DNA of 61,986 bases, counting the filler, from Stramenopiles sp. TOSAG23-3 (taxonomy: Eukaryota): the NCBI GenBank assembly GCA_900128585.1. It is 15 parts of 15 records of this genome, joined end to end, with 100 filler letters (N's around TTAATTAATTAA, not from the genome) between each part and the next. Parts side by side here need not be neighbours in the genome. Positions count along the whole stretch, not along the records: positions 33,188 to 37,227 come from LT643979.1; positions 37,328 to 41,359 come from LT643980.1; positions 41,460 to 45,488 come from LT643981.1; positions 45,589 to 49,613 come from LT643982.1; 11 more parts are not named here. One strand, given 5' to 3'. The position numbers and the translations under genes are program-made. Shown one piece after another: positions 34,943-45,716 of the stretch. Numbering within the stretch: position 1 is the stretch's first letter; every line of letters begins with the position of its first letter. The notes beneath the pieces were generated by a model. That model did no database searches. It saw only the letters and a list, made by a program, of their open reading frames with translations, and had not been told where the DNA came from.

Positions 34943-35680
34943 TGCATTAGAGGGAGGGAGGGGAGAGAGGCCTCTAATCNNNNNNNNNNNNNNNNNNNNN
35001 NNNNNNNNNNNNNNNNNNNNNNNNNNNNNNNNNNNNNNNNNNNNNNNNNNNNNNNNNNNNNNNNNNNNNNNNNNNNNNNNNNNNNNTTCTTTTACATACA
35101 CATTTTTACAATCTGCAACATGTGATTGATTGATTATCAGTTTTACCCTTACGGAAGAATTAAGACTCTCATTTTAAATCAATTACAATTTCAGTTCCTA
35201 CCTCCTTAATCCTAAAAAGATGTTTTAATTTGATGTTTTAAATTTTGATTTTTTTAATTTCGTATTTTCTTTGGTTGTCAATCACTAAGGAATTATTTAT
35301 ATTCCAAAATGAGAGGTGATCTGTACGATATATATATATCTTATCATTAAATGAAAAAGTAAATGTCAATTTAAAATTACAGTGTTTGAATTTTTATGAA
35401 GAATTACGAATTTTCAGCAAAATTAGACGGGTGTCCCACTCCTTTTATTTACCAAGTTTGCCTTGCCATCAAGCATAGGTTTTGTGGTTCTTGAGAGAGT
35501 ACGTCAGAGATTTTCAACCGCTTCCGGTACAATTGTTGATAGAGCTGTAATATCGCTAGAGCACTTAGGACACTTCATTGGTCTGAAAATGTTGTAAGTT
35601 TTCCTTTAGCACCAAGAGTCTAATTCTATTGCAAGATGAAAGCATGCAAAGAGCCGACCAATTTGTGCTATGGAATCATA

Positions 35681-36808
35681 TCAGACAATGGTACGAGCCG
35701 CACTCTGATCCACAATATCTGGCACTACAGTAGCGACGGCTTTTTCCATTTTATTCATGGCGATGGCTGTCTCTAGTTTCTTGTTTTGGCGTTGCATCGC
35801 ATGCATGGTCATTTTTATATCGAAAGATTCTTCGTCTAATTTGTCCACGTACTTCCAATGGCGGTTAACTGCTGCCTTTATGAAAGCGCCAATAGCTGCC
35901 AGGCAACACAATATTGCCGCGCAGGCGGCCATCAAAATCAGCGTGTACGACTGTGCAGACAACAACGAATCTCCTAATTTGTATACTGCGTCCAGGTTGA
36001 AAATGGTAAAGACGGCGGTATCCACGGCATTCCCACTACTCCTTGCAGCTATTCCGCAGTATATTGACGGGTCAGACTGAGTCTTGCCGACGTATCCATA
36101 TTTTACCCCCCCACTTGGCACAGGCGCGGCACTTCTGTTGTAGCTGGCAACCCACCCTACTTCCCTGAATTGTATTTCTAGTGATGGTGAAGCAAGCTGC
36201 ACTCGTGTGTGGAGAAAGCACAGCGGAGGGCCCAAGTACGTGGATGCCCGGCCTATTTTAACAAAAGAGGCATGTGCGTCATAATTTCCAACGACCTGGG
36301 CTTCCCCCGACTCTTTGAAAAATGGCTGGAAGTCTGTGCCAGGAACCAACAGGACTGAGTTCTCGTTAGGTTCGCCTTTGCACGGGGCAGATGCGTAAAG
36401 TTCAAAACTGACAGTTTTTCCGGGACTGCTAATGTTTGTCCGTATATCGTAGTGCTTTGGGGCTTGGAAAGAAAAGCCAAGCTCATCGCCTTTCGACAGG
36501 TCCAGGTAAAAACTTCCTTCACAAGCACGTTGCCGAAACGTTGTGGAATCTTCGTGGCAACGTAATTCCTTTCCCCCCACGACCTGAAAAAACAGTACTC
36601 CGCGGAACTCCATTTGATACGATCTAATTTCCTTTTTCATGTCTTTCAAATCAATGGTTCCAGCTGTTATGGACTTTTTCAACTCATCTGTTGGGGACAC
36701 CGTCGAAATGAGCCGTATGGTCTGTTGTTGCAAAGCTCGCCCCTCTTCCGCCCAGCTTGCTGCCAAGGCGCAACACAAAAAAATATTAAAGACGAGATTG
36801 CGAGCCAT
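35681..36808 (-). CDS. Type I membrane protein of unknown function (signal peptide, ectodomain, one TM)
   Basis: 375-aa ORF with signal MARNLVFNIFLCCALAASWA and TM segment YTLILMAACAAILCCLAAIGAFI. Confidence 0.75.
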   Translation of the reverse strand: MARNLVFNIFLCCALAASWAEEGRALQQQTIRLISTVSPTDELKKSITAGTIDLKDMKKEIRSYQMEFRGVLFFQVVGGKELRCHEDSTTFRQRACEGSFYLDLSKGDELGFSFQAPKHYDIRTNISSPGKTVSFELYASAPCKGEPNENSVLLVPGTDFQPFFKESGEAQVVGNYDAHASFVKIGRASTYLGPPLCFLHTRVQLASPSLEIQFREVGWVASYNRSAAPVPSGGVKYGYVGKTQSDPSIYCGIAARSSGNAVDTAVFTIFNLDAVYKLGDSLLSAQSYTLILMAACAAILCCLAAIGAFIKAAVNRHWKYVDKLDEESFDIKMTMHAMQRQNKKLETAIAMNKMEKAVATVVPDIVDQSAARTIV

Positions 36809-37702
36809 ACTGTCCGTTTATTTTGTGCCTGCGACGACAACCTCTCGCTTTAAATAATTGGACAGATACATTCTTTCATTGCAAATGTTGAATAGAAACC
36901 AAGAGTTGCCGTTATTAATTGTGTTTGTACCCGTACCACTCTTGAAAGAGTTCCCCCTTCTTTCTCTCTGTTTTCTTTCCGTAATTAAAGCAAGACGTTA
37001 TATCGTCTTACGAAAAAATAACACCTAATAACAGGTGGTAAAATGACGGGGGAAATTATGATTTTGTAATTAATAATAATATTAAATACAAAAACAAATA
37101 GTAAACTCCGATGAAGTTATGTAGATTATATACTATTATACGTTTAGTATTAATAGGTAATAATCAAGAAGAGTTCTAACAACTACGAAAAGAAGATTCA
37201 TCATCGATCTTCTTCTTTCTTCTTCTTNNNNNNNNNNNNNNNNNNNNNNNNNNNNNNNNNNNNNNNNNNNNTTAATTAATTAANNNNNNNNNNNNNNNNN
37301 NNNNNNNNNNNNNNNNNNNNNNNNNNNTTAATTATTAAGAGTGTTCCATTATTTACTGCACCCTAAATGCCCTTCTAAATGTGTATCGGTAATGATATGT
37401 TGAAATGAGAAATTCTGAATCGGTTAGCAATGTATTTTCCCAGGTATGAAACACTTTTCGTAAAATATATCTACGAAATTTCTGTGCTGCGAGAGAGAAA
37501 GAGGTGGACGGACGCCGCGCGCCTCATGTACTATCTAGTGAATATAAAAATCCTCACGGTTGTTTTTTAGATAAAGTAGTCAGGAGTATCGGTCTAATCA
37601 TTGGCAACCGCGTGTGCGCCCGTCGAAAGAAGAAGAAAAAGAGAGAGAGACCGGTTCGGTCGAGATGTGCCGTACACGAAGGTTGCGTTACTTACACTGT
37701 CT

Positions 37703-39172
37703 TCAAAGGTAATGGAAGCTGATGCCCCAGTTCCACTTCTTTGCGTGCCCCCCAATGTCGCCGGCGAACCTCCGGGACCAGCCGACGTAATTTATTTCTA
37801 GGCGCCCCAGCGGCAGCTTGACGACGAAGCCGCAGCCCGCAGAGGCCCGCATGGTCCGCTTCCAGGCCTCGACGCTCCGCATGTGCTGCAACGGCAGGCT
37901 GTTCCCCGCGTTCGTAAAGCACTGGCCGCGAATGCCCAGCTTGTTCAACAAAGGGAGCGGGAAGGGAAACTCTACCCGGGCGGACGCGAGCACCTGGGCC
38001 TCGCCCCCGAGGGCAAAGCCGTCCGCCTTGGGCGCGGCCGCCTCGGGGCCCTTCCCCCCGGCCCCCCCGCCGCCACCACCACCACCACCATTCCCGGCCT
38101 GGTCGACTAGGTCCGCCTCCGGGAGCGCGCGGGGGCCGATGCCCCGAAACTCAAACCCGCGCAGCAGCAGCGGGCTGTTCAAGAAAAACCTGTCGTTGAT
38201 CCGGACCCCGCTCCCGCCGACGCTCTCCACGGCGGCCTTGTCCCGCCCCCACGGGGCGACAAAGCCGGCGAACAGGCCCAACGAGAACACCGGGCCCGTC
38301 CCCGAGTTGAACAGGTTCCTCGACCCGAACCCCATCGTGCGCTGGTAGGTCGCGCTGATCTTGCTGAACTGCACGTCCCCCACGCCCCCAATGCCGGCGA
38401 CCTCGGCGTCCGCCTGGCGGAGCGTCCCCCGGGACGGGCAGAACGGGTGGTCTCGGGTGTCGTCCCGGTACCCGCACCGGACGGAGCCCTTGGTCGACGG
38501 GCGGCAATCGTCCGCGACCGCCTTGGCGCTGGCCATGACCCCCGTCGTTGACAGCACCGTGGTCGGCTCGAGGTCTCGGACGTCCACCGAGTAGCCGGCC
38601 TTGAACTTCCCCGCCCCCCCCATGCTCGCCCCGTAGCTCCGCACATGCTCCGTGTACCCGCTCGTTTCGCCGTAGTGCGTCTTCGTCTTCCCGGTCGCAA
38701 ACTCGCAGGGGGCGTTGAGCGGGGAGAACCGGGGCCACCCGAACGTGAAATGGTAGGCCTCGCTCCGGTCCGTCGTCGACTTTGCGGTGAACGAAAGCTT
38801 TTCGGACGTTCCGAACACGTTCTTCACGTTCACCTTCCCGTTGACGCCGTCGTTCTCCAGCATGACCGACCCGTCTAACAGGTTGGTCTCCTCGACGGAG
38901 ACCTTGAGGTTGACCTCGTCCGCGGTGGGGCCCTCGTCCATGACAATGTGCACTTGCTTGAAGATTCCGAGGGACTGCAAGCTTTTCTGGGCACTCCGAA
39001 GCCCCTGGACTATTTCCCCGTACGACTCCGCATCGTACACCTCCTGAAGCTCCCGCTCGATCACCCCGTCCCTGGTCCTAACGTTCCCGTCGATGTAGAC
39101 GTACTTGACTTTCAAAAACCGGTCGGCCACTCCTCCCCCCCCTTGCCGCTGAAGGTGACTATGCTGGAACAT
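37703..39172 (-). CDS. SAM50: Mitochondrial outer-membrane Omp85 protein Sam50
   Basis: POTRA-like YIDGNVRTRDGVI...LQSLGIF, NVFGTSE, DTRDHPFCPSRG, DRFFL...LRGFEFRGIGP, LGG, LGRLEINY and a C-terminal beta signal WGISFHYL. Confidence 0.93.
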   Translation of the reverse strand: MFQHSHLQRQGGGGVADRFLKVKYVYIDGNVRTRDGVIERELQEVYDAESYGEIVQGLRSAQKSLQSLGIFKQVHIVMDEGPTADEVNLKVSVEETNLLDGSVMLENDGVNGKVNVKNVFGTSEKLSFTAKSTTDRSEAYHFTFGWPRFSPLNAPCEFATGKTKTHYGETSGYTEHVRSYGASMGGAGKFKAGYSVDVRDLEPTTVLSTTGVMASAKAVADDCRPSTKGSVRCGYRDDTRDHPFCPSRGTLRQADAEVAGIGGVGDVQFSKISATYQRTMGFGSRNLFNSGTGPVFSLGLFAGFVAPWGRDKAAVESVGGSGVRINDRFFLNSPLLLRGFEFRGIGPRALPEADLVDQAGNGGGGGGGGGAGGKGPEAAAPKADGFALGGEAQVLASARVEFPFPLPLLNKLGIRGQCFTNAGNSLPLQHMRSVEAWKRTMRASAGCGFVVKLPLGRLEINYVGWSRRFAGDIGGHAKKWNWGISFHYL

Positions 39173-40642
39173 ATGGTAGTCAGTCAGTCGGTCAGTCGGT
39201 CAGACAGACAGATAGATAGATACCAACCGTTCGTTTGTTAATAAGATTGAATTAGTTAATTACTATTTAATTTGTCTCTTTTCTTTGTATCTATCTATCT
39301 ATATATTTGTTACATAGCTGATGTTGTATTAGATTGTATTAAATATGACAGGAGTAGGATATATTATTATTATTATTATTAGACTATTTAATTAATTTTT
39401 TAATTATAATAAATTCAATTATTTATTATTAATAATTCTATATTATTTACTCCTACTCTCCTCCTTCTTCTCTTTTTTCTTTTCTTTTTTCTTTTCTTTT
39501 TTTTCATTAATTAATTATTATAATTAATACTACGTAGTACTCCTCTTCCTTCTCTCCTTCTCTTCTTCTCTTCTCTTCTATTTTTTAATTTTAATTCCGG
39601 AAGAAGAAGACCACCAACGACCCGACGACCGACGACCTTTCATCTTTTCAATCCTCTCTCCTTCTTCTTCTCCTTCTTCTCCTTCTTCTTCCTTCTTCTT
39701 CTTCTCCTTCTTCTTCTTTCTTCCTTCTTCTTCTTCTTCTTCTTCTTCTTCTTCTTCTTCTAAAAGATACAAAATACAAATAATTTAAATATTAAGATAT
39801 AATATCCCCCACCCCTTTCCTTCCTTCCTTCCTTCTTCTATTATATTCTATATTTTATAAATATCTTAAATTCTACCTTTTCCTTATTTTATAAATCTAA
39901 TGCTATCACTATATCTATGTTAATTTTATTATTCTGGTTTACTTCTCTATCTTGTCTCCTTTTCAATCAATCCGAAGAATAAAACCCTAATTCTAATTCT
40001 AATTTAATAGAAATGGCAGTTATTCTTAAATTTAATTTAAGAAGAAAGAAGAAAGAAAGAAGAAAGAAGAAAGAAAGAAGAAGAAAGAAGAAGAAGAAGT
40101 AGTAAGAAAGTTGTCTTTTTTTGCTCTTTTCAAAAAGAATAAAAGAAAGAAAAAAGAAAGAAAGAAATAAAGAAGAAGAAATATATTATAATAAATAGAA
40201 AAAAGAGAAGAAGAATTGAAATGGATAAATAACAAATAAGGAAATAATATAAAGTCTATTTAATTTATACCTTGTTAATAGTATTATATTTAATATAAAA
40301 AAGTATACATAAATACTTAATTATTCTATTTCTGCGAAAGAATTTATTATAATTATTTTTTAAAAACTCCTCCTCTCTCTTCTTTCTTCTTTTTCAAAAG
40401 TATAAATAATACAATTCAACTTATTTATAATTATAAGAAACCAATTCTGTTCTTATCTAAACTTTACACTCTTCAACAGTTTCAACCCTGATCCAAAAGA
40501 ATTGTTACTATAAAACACGTTTCAACAAAACAATACTGAAAGTATCAACCAACAGGAAAGAACGGATTGGACGCTTAGGATATTACAACAAAACCCTAAC
40601 CCCTCCTTCGGACGCACACCTACTACTCTACTCTCAACCAAC

Positions 40643-41350
40643 ATGGCTTCCGCATTTGGCGCAGGACGGCGGGCCGACCAGAACGTTCGTGCCATCAAGA
40701 AACGGCCGCTCCGGCCAGCTGGGTACACGAACCGCCCGAGCGCGGTCCTGGACGCGCGAAAAGCGTCGAACCCGTTCTCAAAGTCCGGCGCAAGAAAGAA
40801 CTCTCCCTTTGCCCAAGCCTACAGCGACGGCGGGGTGCCCTGCCGAATATGCCACGGCGGCGTCAAGCACAAGCTTCAGTGGGACGTGGAGCCCGTAGAG
40901 TTAGACTATTACCCGATCTTGATCACCTTTGCCTTTGGCCTTGCGGAGACCAAGCACCCGTACGTGTTCGTCGCGCCCGTTGGGTTCGAGCAGCTCCTCC
41001 TCGCCGACGGGGCGTACGAAAAGGTCATGCCCCTGGTCAAAGATTTGATGCGCCCGCTGCGCTTGTCCCTCGCGAGCAACGACAAGACCGTCGCCAACAA
41101 CGCCCTCAAGGCCGTGCACCTCCTCTCCAACTTGGTCGGCAACGAGCTCACCCAGTACTTGCCCATGCTCTTGGTCCCGATCAAGAGCAAATGGTTTAAA
41201 CCCAACTTTAAAGAGAAAATTACGGAACTGTTGCAATCGTTGGAAGAGCAGGGTGGGGTAGAGGCCTACAAGAAGATCAAAAAGAAAGTCCCAACGTATC
41301 ACTCCGTAGGGTCGTACAACCACGGCGGCGGCATGGGCATTGGGTTCTAG
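40643..41350 (+). CDS. PACRGL: PACRG-like protein
   Basis: GGVPCRICHGGVKHKLQW, GLAETKHPYVFVA and LEEQGG...IKKKVPTY. Confidence 0.88.
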   Translation: MASAFGAGRRADQNVRAIKKRPLRPAGYTNRPSAVLDARKASNPFSKSGARKNSPFAQAYSDGGVPCRICHGGVKHKLQWDVEPVELDYYPILITFAFGLAETKHPYVFVAPVGFEQLLLADGAYEKVMPLVKDLMRPLRLSLASNDKTVANNALKAVHLLSNLVGNELTQYLPMLLVPIKSKWFKPNFKEKITELLQSLEEQGGVEAYKKIKKKVPTYHSVGSYNHGGGMGIGF

Positions 41351-41459
41351 GGGGGGGGGNNNNNNNNNNNNNNNNNNNNNNNNNNNNNNNNNNNNNNNNN
41401 NNNTTAATTAATTAANNNNNNNNNNNNNNNNNNNNNNNNNNNNNNNNNNNNNNNNNNNN

Positions 41460-44400
41460 AAGGAGTAACTTGTCTCTGCCCCATCTCCCAATGCAATCCC
41501 TGCTAGGCCGAGAAATTTAAATGAAAACGAGTACACCCAGGCGCCGAATAATATTAGCAAGATGCTCACTACGCCCAGGCCAAAAATCAGGCCTCGTCCC
41601 AGTTTCGTGAATTCAACGCGAATGCCACCCTTCCCACCACATCGAAAGGGATGGCTGCATATTCTGCGGGTTCTTGTTTTCCAGCCTTTCTCCTCCGTGT
41701 TTTCGTCTCTAGTGTTTAAAATGGACTGAACATCGCTTCGATGAAATGCGATTATGACGTGGGTGACTATAAGCTGCATCACAGTCATGAGCAGGAAACC
41801 GAAAATTCCCCAATTGGGGAGAACAATTATGTCCGCTTGAAGAACTTCCGGGGGCAAAAACACCCATGAGTCTGGGCTGGTGATGTGGAAGCGAAACGCC
41901 ACCATCATCAAAACTAAAACAATCAAGTCGATAAGGCTCCATTTCCCTAAAATGTCCAGGCAATTGAGCAAAGTCCCCCTTTGGCCTTCTGTAATCCACC
42001 ACGGTGGTGCCATCCAGGAAAACAACAGAAGAGAAAACTTCACGTACGGCCACAAGCCAGAGAACACGGCTATCAACAAGGCGAGCGGGTACACCCCTGC
42101 CGTCCACATGTCGTGGATGCTGTTCAACAGTGAGAACGAAAACAGCGGCGGCAAAGGTACCACGTCCTTTCCCAAATGGACCGTGGCAATGACGCTGGCC
42201 CCTATACTGACATGACCCCCGAGGAGGATCAACATCCCGGAGGCTATGAAGAAGGGGATTGAATAGCGCGCCCAGGGTGGGACGGCGGAACTGCGGTACA
42301 ACGCCCGATCTCCCCCGTCGCCGTCTCGCCCACAGCACGAGCGCTTTTTGCGCAATCGTCCTGGGCAGGACTGTTCGTCGAGGTCATTCTCGCCCAACTT
42401 TTGGTACATAGACATTCTGCTGTCATCGTTTTCTTGGTCCTGGCGTCCAGGCTCCGCTGTACTGTTGACAGCGAGGTCGGTTTTCCCCCTGCAACATTTG
42501 TAAGCGGCTACAATTGCGCACGACATGAAAAAACAAAGCGATGCCAGCACATTGCACACTACCGTGACGGCGGGATAAATCCCCGTAAACTCATCGTGGC
42601 TGCCATGGCTAGAACTGTTGACCCCAGATTGAGCATTGATGCACCCTTGCGCGGACGTGTTCAACGTGTCGTTCAATACACGGTTGGCCAAACGCTCCAT
42701 GGGCCACTCCCCTTCGTCATTCTTAGCATTTCTGAGGGTATTAAGGGCAGACTGTAACATATCGTTCAATTGAATCTTTCCCACTTTGGAGCTTAAGGTC
42801 TTGGATATCTCTGGGAGGGCCTTCGAGGAGCAGCTCAGGCAGTTCAATTCGATGTATACGTCGCTCATTGCTAAAGTAAGGTTTCGGACGTCCAGCCCAT
42901 CAAGCACTTCAAAAATGCAGGATGGGTATTGGAAATCATGCAACTTGTCTGTAAGCAGCCGGTCTTCGTTGATCTGCAAGTTCATGCCGGTCCCGAGGGA
43001 CATCCCCACTGCAGTCAATCGAAGCTCAAAAATATTTCGAATGGGCGTCCCATCAATCTGCAGGTGCGAGTCCGGCGTTATTGCCAGCCCGCACTGGGTC
43101 GAAATTTTTAAGGGCTTTTGCTCCGAGCCGAGACTGATCTCATTTACAGTACTGTATGTTCCGGAGGGGTGTACCAGCTGAAACTGTTCAAATGTGTCCA
43201 GCCCGGCCACGGAGAGGTTGCTCAAATTGAATTGCATCACGCCAAAGTCAGGGTTTAAGTAATTGATGGTCAGCACATTCTCGGCAATGAGCACTTTGCC
43301 AGCTTGCTTGTCTTCGCCGTTCGCCGCGGTAGTAGGTTGCATGTGCCCCACGGTCAATAGGTCCATGACGTCGTTTATGTTCATGTCAACCAGGGAATGC
43401 ACGCCAATAAATCGGTTTAGTACGGTGTCCAACCCCTTGAACAGAAGGTTACCCGATATGTTGACGTCCTTCGAGCGTGGAGGCAACAGCTTTGATGGGG
43501 CCAGGTCGCACGAGACCGCCCTCTCCGCGCCTGCAAGCGCTATGGCCAAGTCAATGGCCTCGTTGAGGATTTTTTTTACCGGGCCGTCCAGGGCCCCGCG
43601 GACTGCTTCTGCCAGCACGGTGCCGTACAATTGATCACCAACCTCAAGCGCCATTCCAAACAGCTCGCTCATCCCCTGGTCGAGAAAGAACAGTACGGGC
43701 TTCCCCAGCACTTCCACGTCAAAGAGCGTCTGTGTTAGTTCTATTTCGTAGAACGAACTGAGGAGGCACAGCGGCTCGGCTAATTCGATCACCGACATGT
43801 TTAGAATACGATCTTGGAATATTGCGAGGGCAGCATCCAGCTGGATCAAGACGTTGCTGGCGTCGATTGACAGCGACGCGGGTGCAGTCAGAACACCCTC
43901 CGTGGTGTGCCCAATGAGCGACCCCGGGCCCAAGCTGACGGTCCCGTTCAAAACGATTTCTACGTGGTCCATTTCAATGTGTGAGGACAGGCCGTACCTG
44001 TCCAAAGGGGAAAAAATGCTAAAGTTGCTAATAGTCTCCAGGCCTTTCAAGCCGACGCTGGAAATAGTAATGTTTGTGTCGGTAATTCCATCGTCCCCTA
44101 AATGCAGCTCCAGGTTAAAGTCTGCCGACAACTGCCCGTCGTCGCTTTCCAGCTGCTTGATGATGTTTCCGGCGACGAAATGGTGGGGGTCCAAGTGGCC
44201 CCTTGCATTTAGGACTTTGTCGATCCCAGTCAAGATCGACAGCTCTGACCAGTCGACCAGCTTCTTGCGTATTTTCGGGGGCGGGGGGGGGAACCCTGAC
44301 CCGGGCGCTGGGGGTACGACGAGTTTTGATAGAGTTTTTGAAAAATTAAAGAGAAGGCTGTCCACTGGCCCGTTGACGACGTTGGGCAGCTCGGCGCACA

Positions 44401-44947
44401 CAATGTCGGACAAGGCCTTATTCAACGCGCTGGCAATGGCTTTGTGAAACAGCTCCAACAAGTCTGCTGATACCCCGCCCTTAAATCTCAGCGAGGAAAT
44501 GTCAAAGGCGCACGTGCAGTCCTTTGCCGGGTCCAGGTGCACGTGGTCGGGCACGTGTTCCGAGTTCCTCGCGATGGCGAACTTTACCCCAACGGAGGAC
44601 TTGCTCACCTTGATGTCTACGCTGCCTTTCCCGGAGGCGTGGGGCCAGTTCTTCTGCTTGTACGCCCATTCGGCCGTGCACCCAAACGAGAAATCGCCGG
44701 CGTCGAGGGAAACAATGTTTTTTTCATCTGAAAGGTTGATATTTACGATCGCAATGTCCGTACACACAATATTCGTGACAGACAGCGAAACCTGGCCGAC
44801 GACGGGGACTTTTATGGGTGGTATGGGCAGGTCTGGGATGTTAAACGTGACATTTTTTAATAATTTAGAGAGCGCCTGTCCCGGGGTCTGCGTTGCCCCT
44901 GCAGGGAAGCACGACGCCAACAGTGCAAGGAGGGAAAGTGTCCTCAT
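41460..44947 (-). CDS. Membrane protein with signal peptide, BPI/LBP (TULIP)-like repeats, a TM helix and PqiA-like domain(s) (3' partial)
   Basis: N-terminal IPDL...SVTNIVCTDI...WAYK...GKGSVDIKVS...C...ISSLRFKGG...LFHKAIASAL...VC resembles the BPI/LBP N-domain. FSLLNSIHDMWTAGVYPLALLIAVFSGLWPYVK...LGKWSLIDLIVLVLM is a PqiA signature. Likely ATG at 44947. Confidence 0.85.
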
Positions 44948-45404
44948 AAAAAACGCGCGGATGTGGAATCTCGATCCCATCCTCCCCGTTGGCAAGGAAC
45001 CCCGTCAACGTTTCTTCCGGGAGCGTAAAAGAAACGGACCGCTGCCTTGACAAGAAAGTTTTCGGGGACCAAATGAGTGAAACGAACGTCTCGTGTTCAA
45101 CAAAGGTTGGTTTGTGTCGAGTTTTGAATGGAATGAATATTGTTTGGTTTTAACTAATATTCAGAAATCACTCTTGTCTTGTCTCTCTATCTATCAGTGC
45201 TTACGTACAACTCCTCCTCTTCTTCTTTTTTTTTCTTCTTTCTTTCTTGCTTGCTGTTTCTTTTGTCGTCACATGCAACATATATTTTATTATTGTACAT
45301 TTGTATACTAGTATAGTAGCTACTAAAATATGACCACCGAATTATTATTATTTTATTATTATCATTTTTAAAAAATTATTGTATTTGTTATAATATGGTG
45401 ATGA

Positions 45405-45411
45405 GAAAGGA

Positions 45412-45447
<36 letters not shown>

Positions 45448-45488
45448 GTCGAAAGAAAGAAAGAGTCGAAAGAAAGAAAGAAAGAAAG
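45405..45488 (+). repeat. (GAAA)n microsatellite at contig end
   Basis: Tandem AAAG units, two interrupted by GAGTC. Confidence 0.95.
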
Positions 45489-45716
45489 NNNNNNNNNNNN
45501 NNNNNNNNNNNNNNNNNNNNNNNNNNNNNNNNTTAATTAATTAANNNNNNNNNNNNNNNNNNNNNNNNNNNNNNNNNNNNNNNNNNNNTGTTCTTGAACT
45601 GACACCTTCTTTTTTTCTTTAATTTTAATTACTATAAAAAATAACAGCCAAATTTTTCTTGTTTTAATTTTAATTACACTTAAATAACAACCAATTTTCT
45701 TGTTTTTAAAATAATT

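Noticed and set aside
40591-40602. Telomere-like or telo-box AAACCCTAA (also near 15578 and 39982)
   Set aside because: Isolated single units in AT-rich DNA, with no tandem array and no consistent position.
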